NCBI GenBank assembly: GCA_964016885.1
Contig: OZ024741.1
Span: 45,446,001-45,510,000 of the forward strand
DNA from: Eledone cirrhosa
Taxonomy: Eukaryota
Direction: 5' to 3'
Length of the DNA stretch: 64,000 bases
The notes beneath the pieces were generated by a model, which ran no database searches, was not told where the DNA came from, and was given only the letters and a program-made list of their open reading frames with translations. Positions within the stretch are counted from its first letter, which is position 1; every line of letters starts with the position of its first letter. Made by a program: the position numbers and the translations under genes. Below, piece after piece: positions 12,713 through 25,818 of this stretch.

Positions 12713-15031
12713 GGTTTTTATAAAAGAATCTTCAGTAATCATTGGATAGCAAGTGGCATTACCTACCTTCTACCAAAGAACAACGAAACCAAATATCCAA
12801 AAAACTAGCGGCCCATAACCTGCATGTCCACTACTTATAAACTATTAACCTCTATTCTCATGGAAAAAGCATACGTGTTTTGGAGGAGAACAATCTTTTC
12901 CTCATTGAACAAAAAGGGTGCCGACGAAGTTCATACTTTTGATTAATCGTATGATCCTGGTGAACTGTCATAATAAACACAGAAATCTCAGTTCTGCATG
13001 GATCGATTATAAAAAAGCCTATGACAGCATACCACACTCATGGATTCTGAAATCACTGGACATCTTCAAGATCTCACCTGTGATCTCAAACTTCCTGAAA
13101 CACAATATGTCATTGTCGGACACAAATCTCCAATTGTCTCATTCCACTGAGGTACTGTGCTCTAGGAATATAAACATCAACTGTGGTATATTCCAGGGTG
13201 ACTCACTTTCACCCTTGCTTTTCTGCATAGCTTTAATACCCTTATATCCGAACTTAATAGAACAGGGTACGGTTATAGAATTGACAACAAAAAAATAAGC
13301 CACCTATTTTATATGGATGATTTGAAGCTATATTGCAAAGATAATGACGAACTGGAAGGATTTTGCGAACAGTAAAAATATTTAGCGATGACATCAGGAT
13401 GGAGTTTGGACTTGACAAGTGTGAAAAAGAAACTTTCAAGAAGGGGAAGCGTGTCAACTCAGACTAAGTTGAATTGGATGCTGAAACAATCATAAAGGAA
13501 CTTGAACAGCAACAAACCTATAAATACTTACGGATTAATGAGGGCTCTGGCATACAGCATGTAAGTATGAAAGAGAGAATAAGGAAAGAATGTTACAGGA
13601 GAGTATGTGCAGTTCTGAGAGCAGAACTAAACGCTCGTAACAAGGTGTAGGCATAAATTCCTTGGCAGTCCCAGTTGTCACTTATAGCTTCAGTGTGTTG
13701 AACTGGAATATGAGTGAAATCAAAAGAATCGACACCAAAGCCTGTAATAGAATGCACCACCCAAAAGCAGATGTGGATCGTCTTTACCTTCCTAGAACTG
13801 AAGGAGGCCGTGGATGATCCAATTTGAACTTGCTTACAAGACCACCATCATTGGACTGGCCAAATACCTTGAAACAACTAACGACTGTATGCTGAAACTT
13901 GTTGAAAAGCATGAGAGAAGTAAGAAGCTTCATTCTATCTTGAAGGAGAGCAAAAAATATGCTACTGATCTCATGCTTCATACCCAGGCTGGACAGAATA
14001 AAGAAACTGTGGCAACTGACGCTGCTAGGCACATAAAATCACTGGCAAAAGCAAAAGGGCAAAGACAATTAGCATCAAATTGGGAGCAGAAACCTCTGCA
14101 TAGCAAATATGTGGCCCGTAGCAAACAAGCTGACGTTGACCTAAAGCATACCCATCAGTGGCTACGTAGTTCAGGGCTAAAGGCGGAGAGTGAAGGCTTC
14201 ATCTTAGATGCCCAAGATCAAAGCTTATTAACTCATAATTACCAGGCCAATGTGATGAGAAACGGAATAAACCCAAAGTGCCGATTATGCAATGCTGAGG
14301 TTGAAACAGTGGATCACGATGTAAGGTTTTAGCACCAGTAGAATACAAATATAGACATGACAGAGTTGGCCAATATCTACACTAGGTAATATATCGGCAT
14401 TACAAAATCAAAGCTGAAGACAAGTGGTACGATCATCACCCTGACGCTGTAACTGAAGGAGAAAAAGTAACAATTCTCCGGGACTTTCCTGTACATACTG
14501 GCAGGACCATAAAAGCAAATAGACCTGACATTATTGTAAAAGATCAACATAACAAGGTCTGTTTATTGATAGATATGAGCATCCCATGTGATCACAATAT
14601 CGCGGCAAAAGAATTTGACAAGCTACGAAAATATAAAGATCTGCTTATTGAAATTGAGAAAATGTGGCACCTCAAGGCCGTTACAATACCAGTGATTGTG
14701 GGAGGACTGGCAATGATCAAGAAAGGAACAGAACAATATTTGCGAATGATTCCTGGTTTACCCTCTCTGCACGAGGTGCAAAATATTGTTTTGACTGGTA
14801 CTACACACGTATTGAGAAGAGCACTATCCCTCCTTGTATTTACATATGCATATGCACATGTGTATATATGTATAGTTTTTTTTTTAGTTTTTTTATTATA
14901 ATCAATGTGCTGTATTAACTGGCTTACCAATGCACACTGTGAATTTATTTGACCTAGGTGTCAGGAAGTCATTCGGCATATATCTCAGAAACAATAATGA
15001 AATAAAAAGAAAATAATAATAATAATAATAA
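12713..15031 (+). mobile_element. Dong/R4-like LINE family C, 5'-truncated, decayed
   Basis: WIDYKKAYDSIPHSW, GIFQGDSLSP, YMDD, CRLC..ETVDH, RPDI, KYKDL; (AAT)n tail at 15012-15031. Confidence 0.9.
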
Positions 15032-15089
15032 ATGTGAAGACTAAAATCCTAAGAGGGCTCGATAAGGATAAATATATAGAGCAAATATT

Positions 15090-15264
15090 TATTAAAATAA
15101 CAGATTAAAGATTAAAGTTTAAGCAAAGAATCGCTGCTTTTACCCTTAATGGGACCTTCTGAAACTAAAAAAATCAATTGATTGATTTTTTTTTAGTTAC
15201 AGAAGATCCCGTTAAGGGTGAAAGCAGCGATTCATTGCTTAAACTTTAATTTGTTATTTTAATA
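15090..15264. repeat. ~85-bp-arm inverted repeat
   Basis: attaaagtttaagcaaagaatcgctgcttttacccttaa...aaaatcaat pairs with attgatttt...ttaagggtgaaagcagcgattcattgcttaaactttaat. Confidence 0.9.
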
Positions 15265-15277
15265 TATATATATTTTA

Positions 15278-15314
<37 letters not shown>

Positions 15315-15359
15315 TAGAGAGGGGGTTGGATACTAGAGAGATAGATAGATAAATAGATA

Positions 15360-18300
15360 AATTTCTTTATTAGACACAAGGGCACAAAAGAAGGGGACAA
15401 ATACAAATGGGGAGTTTACATACAGGTATATGAAAATAAAACTATTAATACAATAAAAAATAACAATTGAAATCCCCAATAAGGGGGAGGTGTTACACAG
15501 GGGTTGTACACACCCCGAAAAAATGTACAACTCTCATTTCCAGGAGCACCAAGAGTGAGTACTCCCTTCCTCTCTTCCTCTTTTTCCTCAACCTACAGGC
15601 TTATATAGAGAGAAGGCCCAACCACTCGGGCCATCGTTGCCACATTCACCCACCTTTTATGAAATTTGCTGAGGTACAGCACCTCTCTCTCTATCCTGAT
15701 TCTTCTTCCAAAATGATATTTGAAAAAAAGAATCAGTTGCTCGCCGGAGAGAAAGGTGTCTGAACTCACCCCTTTTAATCTCGTCCACCATATAACCTCT
15801 TTCACCATAGCCATAACACATAGGAAAACCGCCTCTCCCTCGTTTTTGAAGGAGGGTGGCGGTTTGATCATGACAATGAACTCGGTGGTCAACTGGATTG
15901 GTCCCACCCGCGACAATAGTCGTTCTACATAACCCCACAGGTCGGTAACGCCCGGGCAGTGTACAAATGCGTGTGCAACGGTTTCATCGTCGCGCATGCA
16001 TCTCGGACAGGTCTTTTTCGAAGGGTCTCTACCCGGGCGCCCTTGTGTGTAGAGCTTGTCTCGAACTGGTAGAGCTCCTCGATAGCACTGCCAGGCCAGG
16101 GACTTTTGAAAGTTGTCCATTGGTCCCGGGCGGAAGGTCCTACCGAAAAGACTGGCCAGTTCGTCCTCCTCTACGCCTAGAGTTTCTCCGAGCGTGTCGT
16201 CGCACTTGCTGCTGACCAACCCTCTATAGAATGTCGAAGTGGAGTCTCCACTGATCGCCGGGTCCGTTTGCCAGAGGACTGTGAGCGCCTGAGCACATTC
16301 GATATACCAGTCGCCCATTTTCCTCGGTCTTTGCTTGACCCAGGTCTGCAGCTCGGTTAGCGAGACGAGTCGTGGGAAGGCTCGCCTCACGAACGGGGCC
16401 CACACCGGTTGTCAGGTGAGGAATACGTGGAGGTGCCGCAGCTTGAGCGCGTGTTCAGCCACGGCATCCCCAGCCCCCCGTTTGAAGGGTGTTGGCAGTA
16501 GATGGATCTTCTCACCAAAGGAGCCCGTTTCTTCCAAAGGAATTGGAAGAGCGCGCGCTCCATTTTGGTGAGCGTTTTGGCTGGACAAGACACAACGGTC
16601 AAGCGGTAGTAGATGACGCTATAAAAGTGTTCGCCACCTCCGCTCGACCTTTAAAGGATAGTTTGCACTCGACCACTTCTGGGTGAGCGCAAACACCTTG
16701 CCATCACCTCGTTCCGGTTCTTCTCCACCTGGAGGTCAGGACCAAACCAGACCCCGAGCAGCTTTACCGGTCCTTCCGTCCAGCGTCCGATGACGTCATC
16801 GGAAGGCATCTGTTTGGTTCTCCACGTTCCGAGTTGCAAACCGACGGTTTTGTCCCGGTTCAGCTTCGCTCCTGTGAACCTTTCGTATTCCTCCAGTAAG
16901 GTGCCGATCTCCCCGATTTGCGAGGTGCTCGACACCATTATGACACGTCGTCGGCGTAGGCCGACGCCGCTTTTCGCAGTCCCAGTTCCAAAGGGATGCA
17001 CTGCAATAGCTACAACTTCCGCAGTAGTGGCTCGAGAGTCAGTACGTACAGAAGGGAGGAGAGAGGGCATCCCTGTCGGATGGATCGCGTGATATGGAAC
17101 GGCTCCGAGAGGTAGCCGTTCACATTGACCCTTGAGCAGATGTTGCTGTTGTGTATTGCAGCAATCCAGCCCCTGAACACGGTACCGAAGCCTGCCGCCT
17201 CGAGCACCGCATCCAGGTAACAATGGTCAACCCTATCGAAAGCCTTAGACTGATCCAAGTTGATCAGGGCCCCACCGAAGCCGGGTTTACACCCTACCCT
17301 CTCTATGATGTATCGCATGAGGTGGAGGTTGTCGTGTATGGACCTGGTCGGGATTGCGCATGTCTGCGCTTCTGCCACCAGGTATTCGACGACAGGCGCT
17401 AGCCTCTTTGCCAACACCTTGGCCAAAATCTGTAACTCTGTGTTGAGCAGAGTTATGGGCCGGAAGTTGCCTATGTCATCCCCCTTGTTCTCGTCCTTCC
17501 TGACTAACGTGATTACGCCCTCACAGAACTGGGAATTCTCCCGTTCAGCTGCCAGTTGCAGTAGACCGCTTCCAGGAAACCGGAGAACAAGTCCGGCATT
17601 GCTACGTAAAATTCGTTGGGTAGACCGTCGAGACCTGGATATTTGCGTTTGCCGCATTGGCTCAGCGCGTCCCCTATCTCAGCGGCCAAAATCGGCCTCT
17701 CACAGAACTTCGCCTTGCTGTCCGAGAGTCGCGGTAGGCTGTCGAGGTATGAACCGAAATCCATGGCCTCTCCTGGCTCCCCGCCCTGCCCGAACAGTTG
17801 AGCAAAGTGCCGCTGAAAGGCCGCGCACATTTGCTTCGGCTCACGTATTGTCACGTCCGTCTTGGTCCTTCCAAGACCAAATCGTGGACTTGTTGCCACT
17901 TTTCGCTCCGTCACTCGGGCCCAGCTAACAGCTTTGGCTCCCTCGTTTCCCAGAGCACGTATTTTGCTTCTGACAACGCAGCCTTCATGCTTTGCGTCGA
18001 AGAACTGTTTCAAGGGCGTTTTTGTCGCTAGCACGCTGGCTACATTGCCACTCCTAAGTGCCTCTTCTATCTTATCTCCCAGTTCCGTTTCGGTCTTATT
18101 TCTATCTAACACTAATTCTTTACTAAAACCTATCGAGTCTAATCTAACTGCCCTCTTGAGAGAGTACCACCATCTGTTGTTGACAATGGCCCCCGTCAAG
18201 TGCTGCTTAACTAATGTGCTAATCCGTCTACTGTAGGCTTTGCATGTCAGTAACGACAAGTTCAGCTTCTAGTAGCCGGGTCCCTGTCTATATGTTTTGT

Positions 18301-19554
18301 CAAGGTTGACTGAGCAGGTCACTAATTTGTGATCTGAATAGGCAACCATGAACATTTGTGGACAGCTTAACATGGCCCTATCCTTCTTTCTGAGTAGAAC
18401 CCTATCTAGGTACGATCTAGATGTTCCGCTACGATTAGTCCACGTCCACAGTGGCACAGTCGGAAAATCTAGTCGATATCTATCGGCCAGGTCAAATCGG
18501 CCGATTAACTGTTTGAGGCTGTTACACCCCCTCTATCGGGACATGCTCCCACATAGTCCCAACGTGCATCTAGGATTCCATTCCAGTCCCCCACTAACAG
18601 CATGGAGCGGGACGTTCCCAGAAAAGTCTCTAGACGTTTGAAGAAGTCTGGCCGCGGTGTCCCGGATGGAGCATATGCGGCCACCAGCCTGAAGGCTCCA
18701 CCTTCACTACCGTCAACGTCTAGGACCACCAGTCGACTCTCCAAGTCCAGATGTACCGTCTGTGTTACGAGGTCCAGGTGTTTCCGCAGCAAAACGGCAA
18801 CCCCATCCCCCACCTCCCGGCTGACAGAGAGATGCGTGGATCTCAAAGTTGTCGAAGATGGAGGCCAGTTGTCGCTCGCTGTGGATCCTGGACTAACAAA
18901 AGGCTACTACATCCATGATGTGCGACCTGAGGTCGTTTAAGAGTTTGCCCTGTTTCCAGGGCATCCCCAGGCCGCGTACATTCACACATGCAACTCTTAT
19001 ATTGGCCATGTTGGTGCTGAAAAGTTAACAGAAGAGGAAAAGAAAGGGTTACCTACGTCGTTAGGAAATTTTTCTTTTAACTGTTTATGTGTGTCCATGG
19101 AGGTCCTAATCATTTTAAGATTAGGATTCTCCGAAGAGTGTGTAAAAGTTTTCCCTTCGGTTTCCAGCGAAGGTTTTTTATATATGGTGTCTGTTAAAGT
19201 TTTATTGTTAGTATTTATGTAGGTGTAACATTTTTGATGTGTTGGGTTGCTTTTTGTCTGTGGTTCTTGTGTGTGTAGTAGGTGTTTTGATTTCAGAAAG
19301 GGGTGTTTTTGTTTGTGCTGTTTGCGTCGCTTGTGTTGGTGTTTGTGTGTTTGTTGCATTTTTGTTTGTGTTATGTCTTTTCTTTTTTCTTTTTACTGGT
19401 CGGAAAGGCTCTCCCTCATCGTCACTGGGTGACGATGATGAGGCCTCATCCGTGTTGTTGGGGAGGGGTACGTTTTGGGATGCTGTTATGTGCGTGGGTG
19501 TTTCTGGAGTTGTTTTAGGTGGGGAGGGGTTGGGTGGGACTGTGTTTGTCGTTT
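15360..19554 (-). mobile_element. Tx1-like LINE family C, 5'-truncated in ORF1, decayed, with 20-bp TSD
   Basis: APE (AYAP, GDWN, YSDH), RT (NLDQSKAFDRV, RQGCPLS), CPRC..ETVAHAFVHC from ATG 19009 to 15593; GATAGATAGATAAATAGATA at 15340-15359 and 19555-19574. Confidence 0.92.
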
Positions 19555-20331
19555 GATAGATAGATAAATAGATAGATACGAAGGTAGGTGGCTTGGTAGC
19601 TAGATTAGACTGTAGGTATATTGGTAGGAAGATCAAATTTTTCACAATTTAATGTATGCTTGTTTGATTGTGATTAAAGAAAATTATTTTAATTAAATAA
19701 ATCTAAAATTCATTTCACGGTGGTGATCGGAGTTACACGAGTGAGATCTTTGAATTTTCACCAACGAATTGATTATCTTTTATTGTGAGCCCTGCCCTTT
19801 TCGACGGGCACTAAGTATATATCTATCATTGTATCGTCAATTAAAGTTTTATTTCTTTCGCTCCATTATATAATATTAGCATGTATAAAAAGACAATTAA
19901 GCAAAGATTTTATTTATATATATAATATCTATGTGTTTGTCTTTCGTGAGCATTTCATATACATTCAAACAAAAACTCAGATATATAATTCTGTTGAATT
20001 ATATAAGCAAATTATAAAATAGATTTTGTTACCACAGTTTCATGGTAAACCTCAAATCCATTAAATTGATTTTAAACGTCCTTTTTATTGAGATAAAAAT
20101 GTGAGTCGACACCAGAATCAATAACAATTGATTGTTGTTAAAATGAAAATATTCTCTTTTGTCTTCATAGGAGTGACATGATATCGGTGGAATTTATGAT
20201 CATCTTTGTTATTATTAATCTTATTTTATTATTCTTGGATTATTGTTGATATTGTTATTTATATTACCATTATCTTCCCCACCATCATCATCTTCATCAT
20301 AGTCATTATTTCTCAGATTCAGCACATTCGG

Positions 20332-20398
20332 ACTGATGCTATTTGCTGATTTTATAATAATAAGTATTATTTTTATAAAGTCAGCAAATAGCATCAGT
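20332..20398. repeat. Short hairpin abutting the first (TAA)n tract
   Basis: actgatgctatttgctga...tcagcaaatagcatcagt. Confidence 0.85.
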
Positions 20399-20436
20399 AA
20401 TAATAATAATAATAATAATAATTATTATTATTATTA

Positions 20437-20763
20437 TTCGACACCAGAGTGCAAGAGAAGGAGAGGGAGAAAATTAACCGATACCAGGACTTAAAGTGGG
20501 AGGTAAAAGGATTTGGAACTGCCATTAAGTCAAAGTGGTCCCGATTGTCATAGTCGCACTAGGTGCTATCTCAAAAGGTTTCCAGGGATGGTTAAAGAAA
20601 ATTGGCCCCGCCCCGATTTTTGGAACACTTCAAAAGGCATGCTTGCTGGGAACAGCAATAACTCTCCGATACGTCCTGAATATCTGAGGTTGCAGGTAGT
20701 GGCTTGATATTCATTTCAACAAACTTTCCAGTTAACTAACATCAATGACTGAGACTCAAAGAA
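20437..20763 (+). mobile_element. Dong family B 3' fragment (plus strand) with (TAA)n tail
   Basis: Reverse complement of family B 3' end (e.g. 25819-26143); tail 20764-20827. Confidence 0.9.
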
Positions 20764-20764
20764 C

Positions 20765-20811
<47 letters not shown>

Positions 20812-20843
20812 TAATAATAATAATAATTATTATTATTATTATT

Positions 20844-23800
20844 ACAGTTGCATTTATATTGCTTTATGTTCATACGAGTTATCACCAAGTCACAACCAGT
20901 GACCTCAAGAGACAACAAGGTCCGCCATGTTCAAGGAAGAACATACATACTCACACATGCATCTTTAGTGTTTAGACTTGTGATGTACTTATATTGACAG
21001 AATCTTCCTTAGTATATGGGCAGTTCCCATTAGTACTATCTTTTGTATTTCTCCGATACGCGGGTTTCCTGGGATCTGCGATAAGTAATCATTAGACCCC
21101 TTAGGTATCATTCCCAGAGCGATTACAACCACTGGTATTGTTTTAGTTCTCAATTTCCACATTTTTCCAATTTCTATCTCCAGATCCTTATACTTGCTCA
21201 ATTTTTCAAATGTTTTTATAGATACATTCTTGTCTATTGGAACAGACATATCAATTAGCAGGCATACCCTCTTTTTAAAGTCCTTCAATATTATATCAGG
21301 TCTATTTGCATCTATTTTTCGGTCTGTTTGGATGCTAAAGTTCCACAAGATTGAGATGTGATCTTTTTCAAGTATGGGAGGTGGTTGATGCTCCCACCAA
21401 TTCTTTTGATGGGGCAGGTCAAAATGCTTACACATTATCCAATGTATGTATTGTGCAGCTCTGTCATGCCTGTTTAGGTATTCGGTTGGAGCTATAGGAC
21501 TGCACATTGAAATTATATGGTCAATGGCCTCTGGTTGTTTTTTGCATACACGGAATAATGGGCTGCATCCATTTTTTATTATGTTGGCTTGGTAATTTTT
21601 TGTTGGCAGACACTGATCTTGTGCTGATATAATCAGTCCTTCAGTCTCCGATTTCAGTCCAGAGGATGCCAACCACTGATGGGTTAAAGTTTTGTCAACA
21701 TCAGGATTGTTAGCTCGCTCTGGGTATTTTCCATACAGAGGCTTTTCTTGCCATTTCTTAGCCAGTTTCTGTAGCAGTTCTTTCTTTGCAGTTACTTTTA
21801 CCTGCTTTGCTTTTTCTGTGTTTTCCATTTCAGCAGTAAATGGGACTTCTGAAATTTGTAGTCCATTACTGTATCTTTGTGCATCTTTTGTAATGGAATA
21901 TGATCTTTTGATGCTTTCGTGTTTCAAAACGAGTTTGATCATCCAATCATGTGATTCCCTTAGATATGTAGATAATCCAATTGTTGCAGTTTTCAACGCA
22001 ATGTCTAACTGGATTAACCCACGTCCTCCTTCTTTCCCAGGGAGATATATTCTATCTATATCTGCCTTAGGATGATGCATTCTGTGCATGGTTAAGAATT
22101 TTCGAATTTTTGTATCGAGCCTACGGATCTCTGTGCTTGACCAGTTGATGACATTGTAACTGTAGGTTACTACTGGTATGGCAAGCGTGTTTATGGCATC
22201 GATCCTATTCCTTGCATTCAATTCCGTTCTTAAGATTGCTCTTACTCTGCTGTAACATTCCTTCCTTATCCTTTCCCTCATTTTCGAGTGCTTGATTCCG
22301 TCTCCTTCACAAACACCTAGATATTTGTAAGTGTTTTCTTGATCAAGTTCTCTTATCACGTTCCCCCGATCAAGATTAATGTCTGAACTCTTCAGCAGCT
22401 TTCCTCGGGTGAACGTTGCTTTGGCGCATTTATCTAGTCCAAACTCCATTTTAATGTCATCACTGAACTGCTCCACAGTGGATAATAGCCATTGCAATTG
22501 TTCATCATTTTTTGCAAATAGTTTCAGGTCATCCATGTAGAACAGGTGATTAATGGTTTTGTCATAGACTTTATATCCATGTTTTGTTTCATTGAGCATT
22601 TTACTTAATGGTATAAGTGCGATGCAGAATAAAAGCGGTGATAAAGAGTCACCCTGAAAAATTCCACAATTAATATTAACTTCTCCAGCTTTCAGTGATT
22701 TTGTTTCACTATTTCAAAGGAGTGTCGTTTTCCATGTCTTCATACTGAATGACAAAAACCTCCTGACAACGGGGGATATTTTTAAAATCTCTAAACATTT
22801 TTCAATCCAACTGTGTGGCAAACTATCGAATGCTTTTTTATAATCTATCCAAGCAATCGATAGATTTTTGTGTCTATTATGACAATCTTCCAGTATCATT
22901 TTGTTAACCAGAAGCTGATCCGTACAGCCATATGAGCCTCGTTTACACCCTTTCTGCTCAATGGGAAATAGGTCATTTGTTATCAGGTGGTCATATGTGT
23001 ATTCAGTTAGGACTGATGGTAAAATATTATACATTGTGGTCAAGCAAGTTATCGGTCTGTAATTTTTTGGATTGTTTGTCTCATCATTCTTCGGAAGTAG
23101 GAATGTACTGCCGTTAACTAGCCATGATGGTATCTTTTCTGGCTCCTTAACTATTTCATTGTAAAGTTGGGCTAACAGCTCATGAGACTCTGTGAAGGCA
23201 TTTATCCAAAAGTTTTGTATTTTGTCTTTTCCTGGGGATTTCCATTTGCTGGTTTTTCTTAGAGCCAAGCGCAACTGTTCAACTGTTATATTTTCCCATA
23301 TTTGTTCCTCAAGGTGAGCTGTATCTTTCATTTGTCTGTCTATCCATGGGGCATGTACGTTATGAACTTTTTCTTCGGCCCAGATCTTTTCCCAGAATTC
23401 TTGCACATCCTCCTTGGGTGGTATTGATTTAGCAGTTATTGTTGACTTACCAATTTTTCTGTAGAAGTTTCTTTGGTTGTTTTTGAACATATTATTGTCC
23501 TTATAGAATCTAGATCGTTTTTCAAAGCGCCTTATACGAGCAGCTTTGGCCGACACTTTTTGCTTGATTATTTCTATCAGCATGTCTATGTTACATGTTG
23601 ATTTTATACTGTACTTTTTTTTCAATTTTCTAAGTTTTGTTTGTTTAACATGTTCACCTACTTTATAGTTTGTTAAAATTTCTATGTCAGATCGGAGAAG
23701 GTTTATTTGGCGATTGATGTTCTCTTGCCAAGTAGATTTCTTTTGGGAATTCCTTTGTTTTTTCATCTTCACTCCACATAAGTGAGTGGTGACTTTAGCC

Positions 23801-25784
23801 GATGCATAATAGAGATGATTTAAATCAGTAATGTTTAGTTTGTTTGTGATGATAATGTTTTTGAGAATTATGTTAGTCTTCTGTATTATCTTTTGGTTCT
23901 GTTTGGAGTTCTGGATCTTAGGGAAGGTGTCTCGTTGCCCCATGTCAGATTCTTTCATTTTCATCCATTCGATCATAATTTCATCCTTCAAGTTGGCAAG
24001 TTCATTCTCATTCATTTCTTTATCATTTACGATCTCATTATTTTCATTTGGAGTTTCATCCTGAGCATGCACGCCCTCCACTTTTTCGATCCTTTCTTTA
24101 ATTTGTTCTGTTGCCAGTGATTCCGCCCCAACCCTGAGGTTCGAAGTGTTACAGTTTACCTCGTTTTCACTGACACATGTTTCATTTTCCCTTCGCTGAC
24201 TTTGTGCTAATAGCTTGATCTGATCAATTTCTATATCAGTTAGTAACTTTTTTCTTACAATATTTCTTCGTATATTGGCTAGTTTCTTACTGTCAATATA
24301 GCCTCTGTTTTCGGGATGTTTCTTTTTCCAGTTGATATATGTCTGTTCTGTATTCGATGTATTTGATGGGTAGTACATGGCAGTGTAAAAAGCCTCAAGG
24401 ACTTCTTTATTATCTTCCCTTGACCATTTTCTCTCTTTTTCTTTGGATTTCTTGGTGGTGAGCATGGAGGGCCAACAGTAGGAGTATTCCGGTTATGGGA
24501 GGTTTCCAGCTCCGTAGTGATGGAAAGGTTTGAACCATTAGCTGATTTTTCGACCCCAGTCTGGTTCCTCTCTGAGGGACGCGGCCCTTTTTTACCCGGG
24601 TGACGGCCGATCCGGTATGAGATTTTATCATTAGACATTTACTTTATTTTGTCGCGTTTTCTCCTTATCCGCCAAGGGGTAATCATTTCGTGTTACCACT
24701 ACTTGAACGATTGTTAACCAAGACTAGAGGGGTCGTTCTCCCCTAGAGACACGGCTATTCCCCGCCGGCCGCCATCCCGGTATTTCTTGGTCACGGGGTT
24801 TTCTTTTTGTTGTTTTTTTTAAATTGTTATTATCATGAGTGGTTCCTTAATGTGAGCATTGCGTGGCTTAAGAATGAAATTATTAATAATTGTCTCCACT
24901 CCAGGCACAAGGCCAGCAATCACCCAGTGCATTACAATAATATAATATACTTTTTGCTGTAGTTGCCTGTTATTGTTGTTGGCTATGTCGGTGGTGGTGC
25001 CGGGGCTTTTTATATTGTTGGTGAGGAAGGGGTGAGCCAGCAGTCCCATAGTTGTTGATGTTGACGTTTGGCCGGTGGCCAGGTCACTAAGTCAATCTAT
25101 TTATATCTGCTAGCATCTCCCTTGTCTAGTGATACCGCCACCTTCCCCTTTCTCTCTCAAGTTAACAGGGGAATAGTGGTGGTAGCAATGAAGGAGTGGT
25201 GGCGGCGGCGATGGGATAGTGGTAGCAAGATGATGGATGGAGTGGTGGCGGCGGTGGCGTTGTGGTTACTGGGTTTTGTGATATGTAGTATCTATGAGTT
25301 TGTGTTCGTATGTTTAATATATATTGTGTTGACATATTCCCGTAAAATTGGAATTAAACATTTTGTTAAAATTTGAGACAATAATAATAGTAATTATTAT
25401 TATCATGCCGGGATTGATGGTGGTGTTGGTGAAATTGCCGTTATCTGGCTGTTATATTTAGTGTGATGGGATAGGTGGTGTATCAAGTTTCTGGTGTTGG
25501 TGAAATTGCTGTTATTTGGCTGTTCTATATAGTGTAGACAGAGGGTGTTTTCTTCCATTTATAACCATTTTCTTTTTTTGAATACAAAATATATAATACA
25601 AAATTGAATATTTGAGCGATATAACAATATAATATGGATCCGAAATTTTATGGGACTTCATTCGGTGGTTTATGCAACATTTGTACTAAGAATTGTTATT
25701 TCACAATTAATTTAAATATGTTAAAAATCATAAACTTACGGGAGCGATTTCATGACCTTCTACCACCTCGTGCGTCTTCTTCCC
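20844..25784 (-). mobile_element. Dong/R4-like LINE family A copy 1, full length
   Basis: Single long ORF region 24638-20989, ~1.1-kb 5' region, (TTA)n at both flanks. Confidence 0.92.
20989..24638 (-). pseudogene. RT + CCHC + PD-(D/E)xK restriction-like endonuclease, disrupted
   Basis: NYRPITCL, WIDYKKAFD, GIFQGDSLSP, YMDDLK, RHD, RPDI..D..P..K..KY.DL; frameshift near 24430 and in-frame TGA at 22714-22716. Confidence 0.92.
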
Positions 25785-25818
25785 TTATTATTATTATTAT
25801 TATTATTGTTATTGTTAT

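Noticed and set aside
19580-20330. Possible host exon or unique regulatory sequence
   Set aside because: AT-rich, no ORF or recognisable motif beyond a small hairpin near 19794-19811
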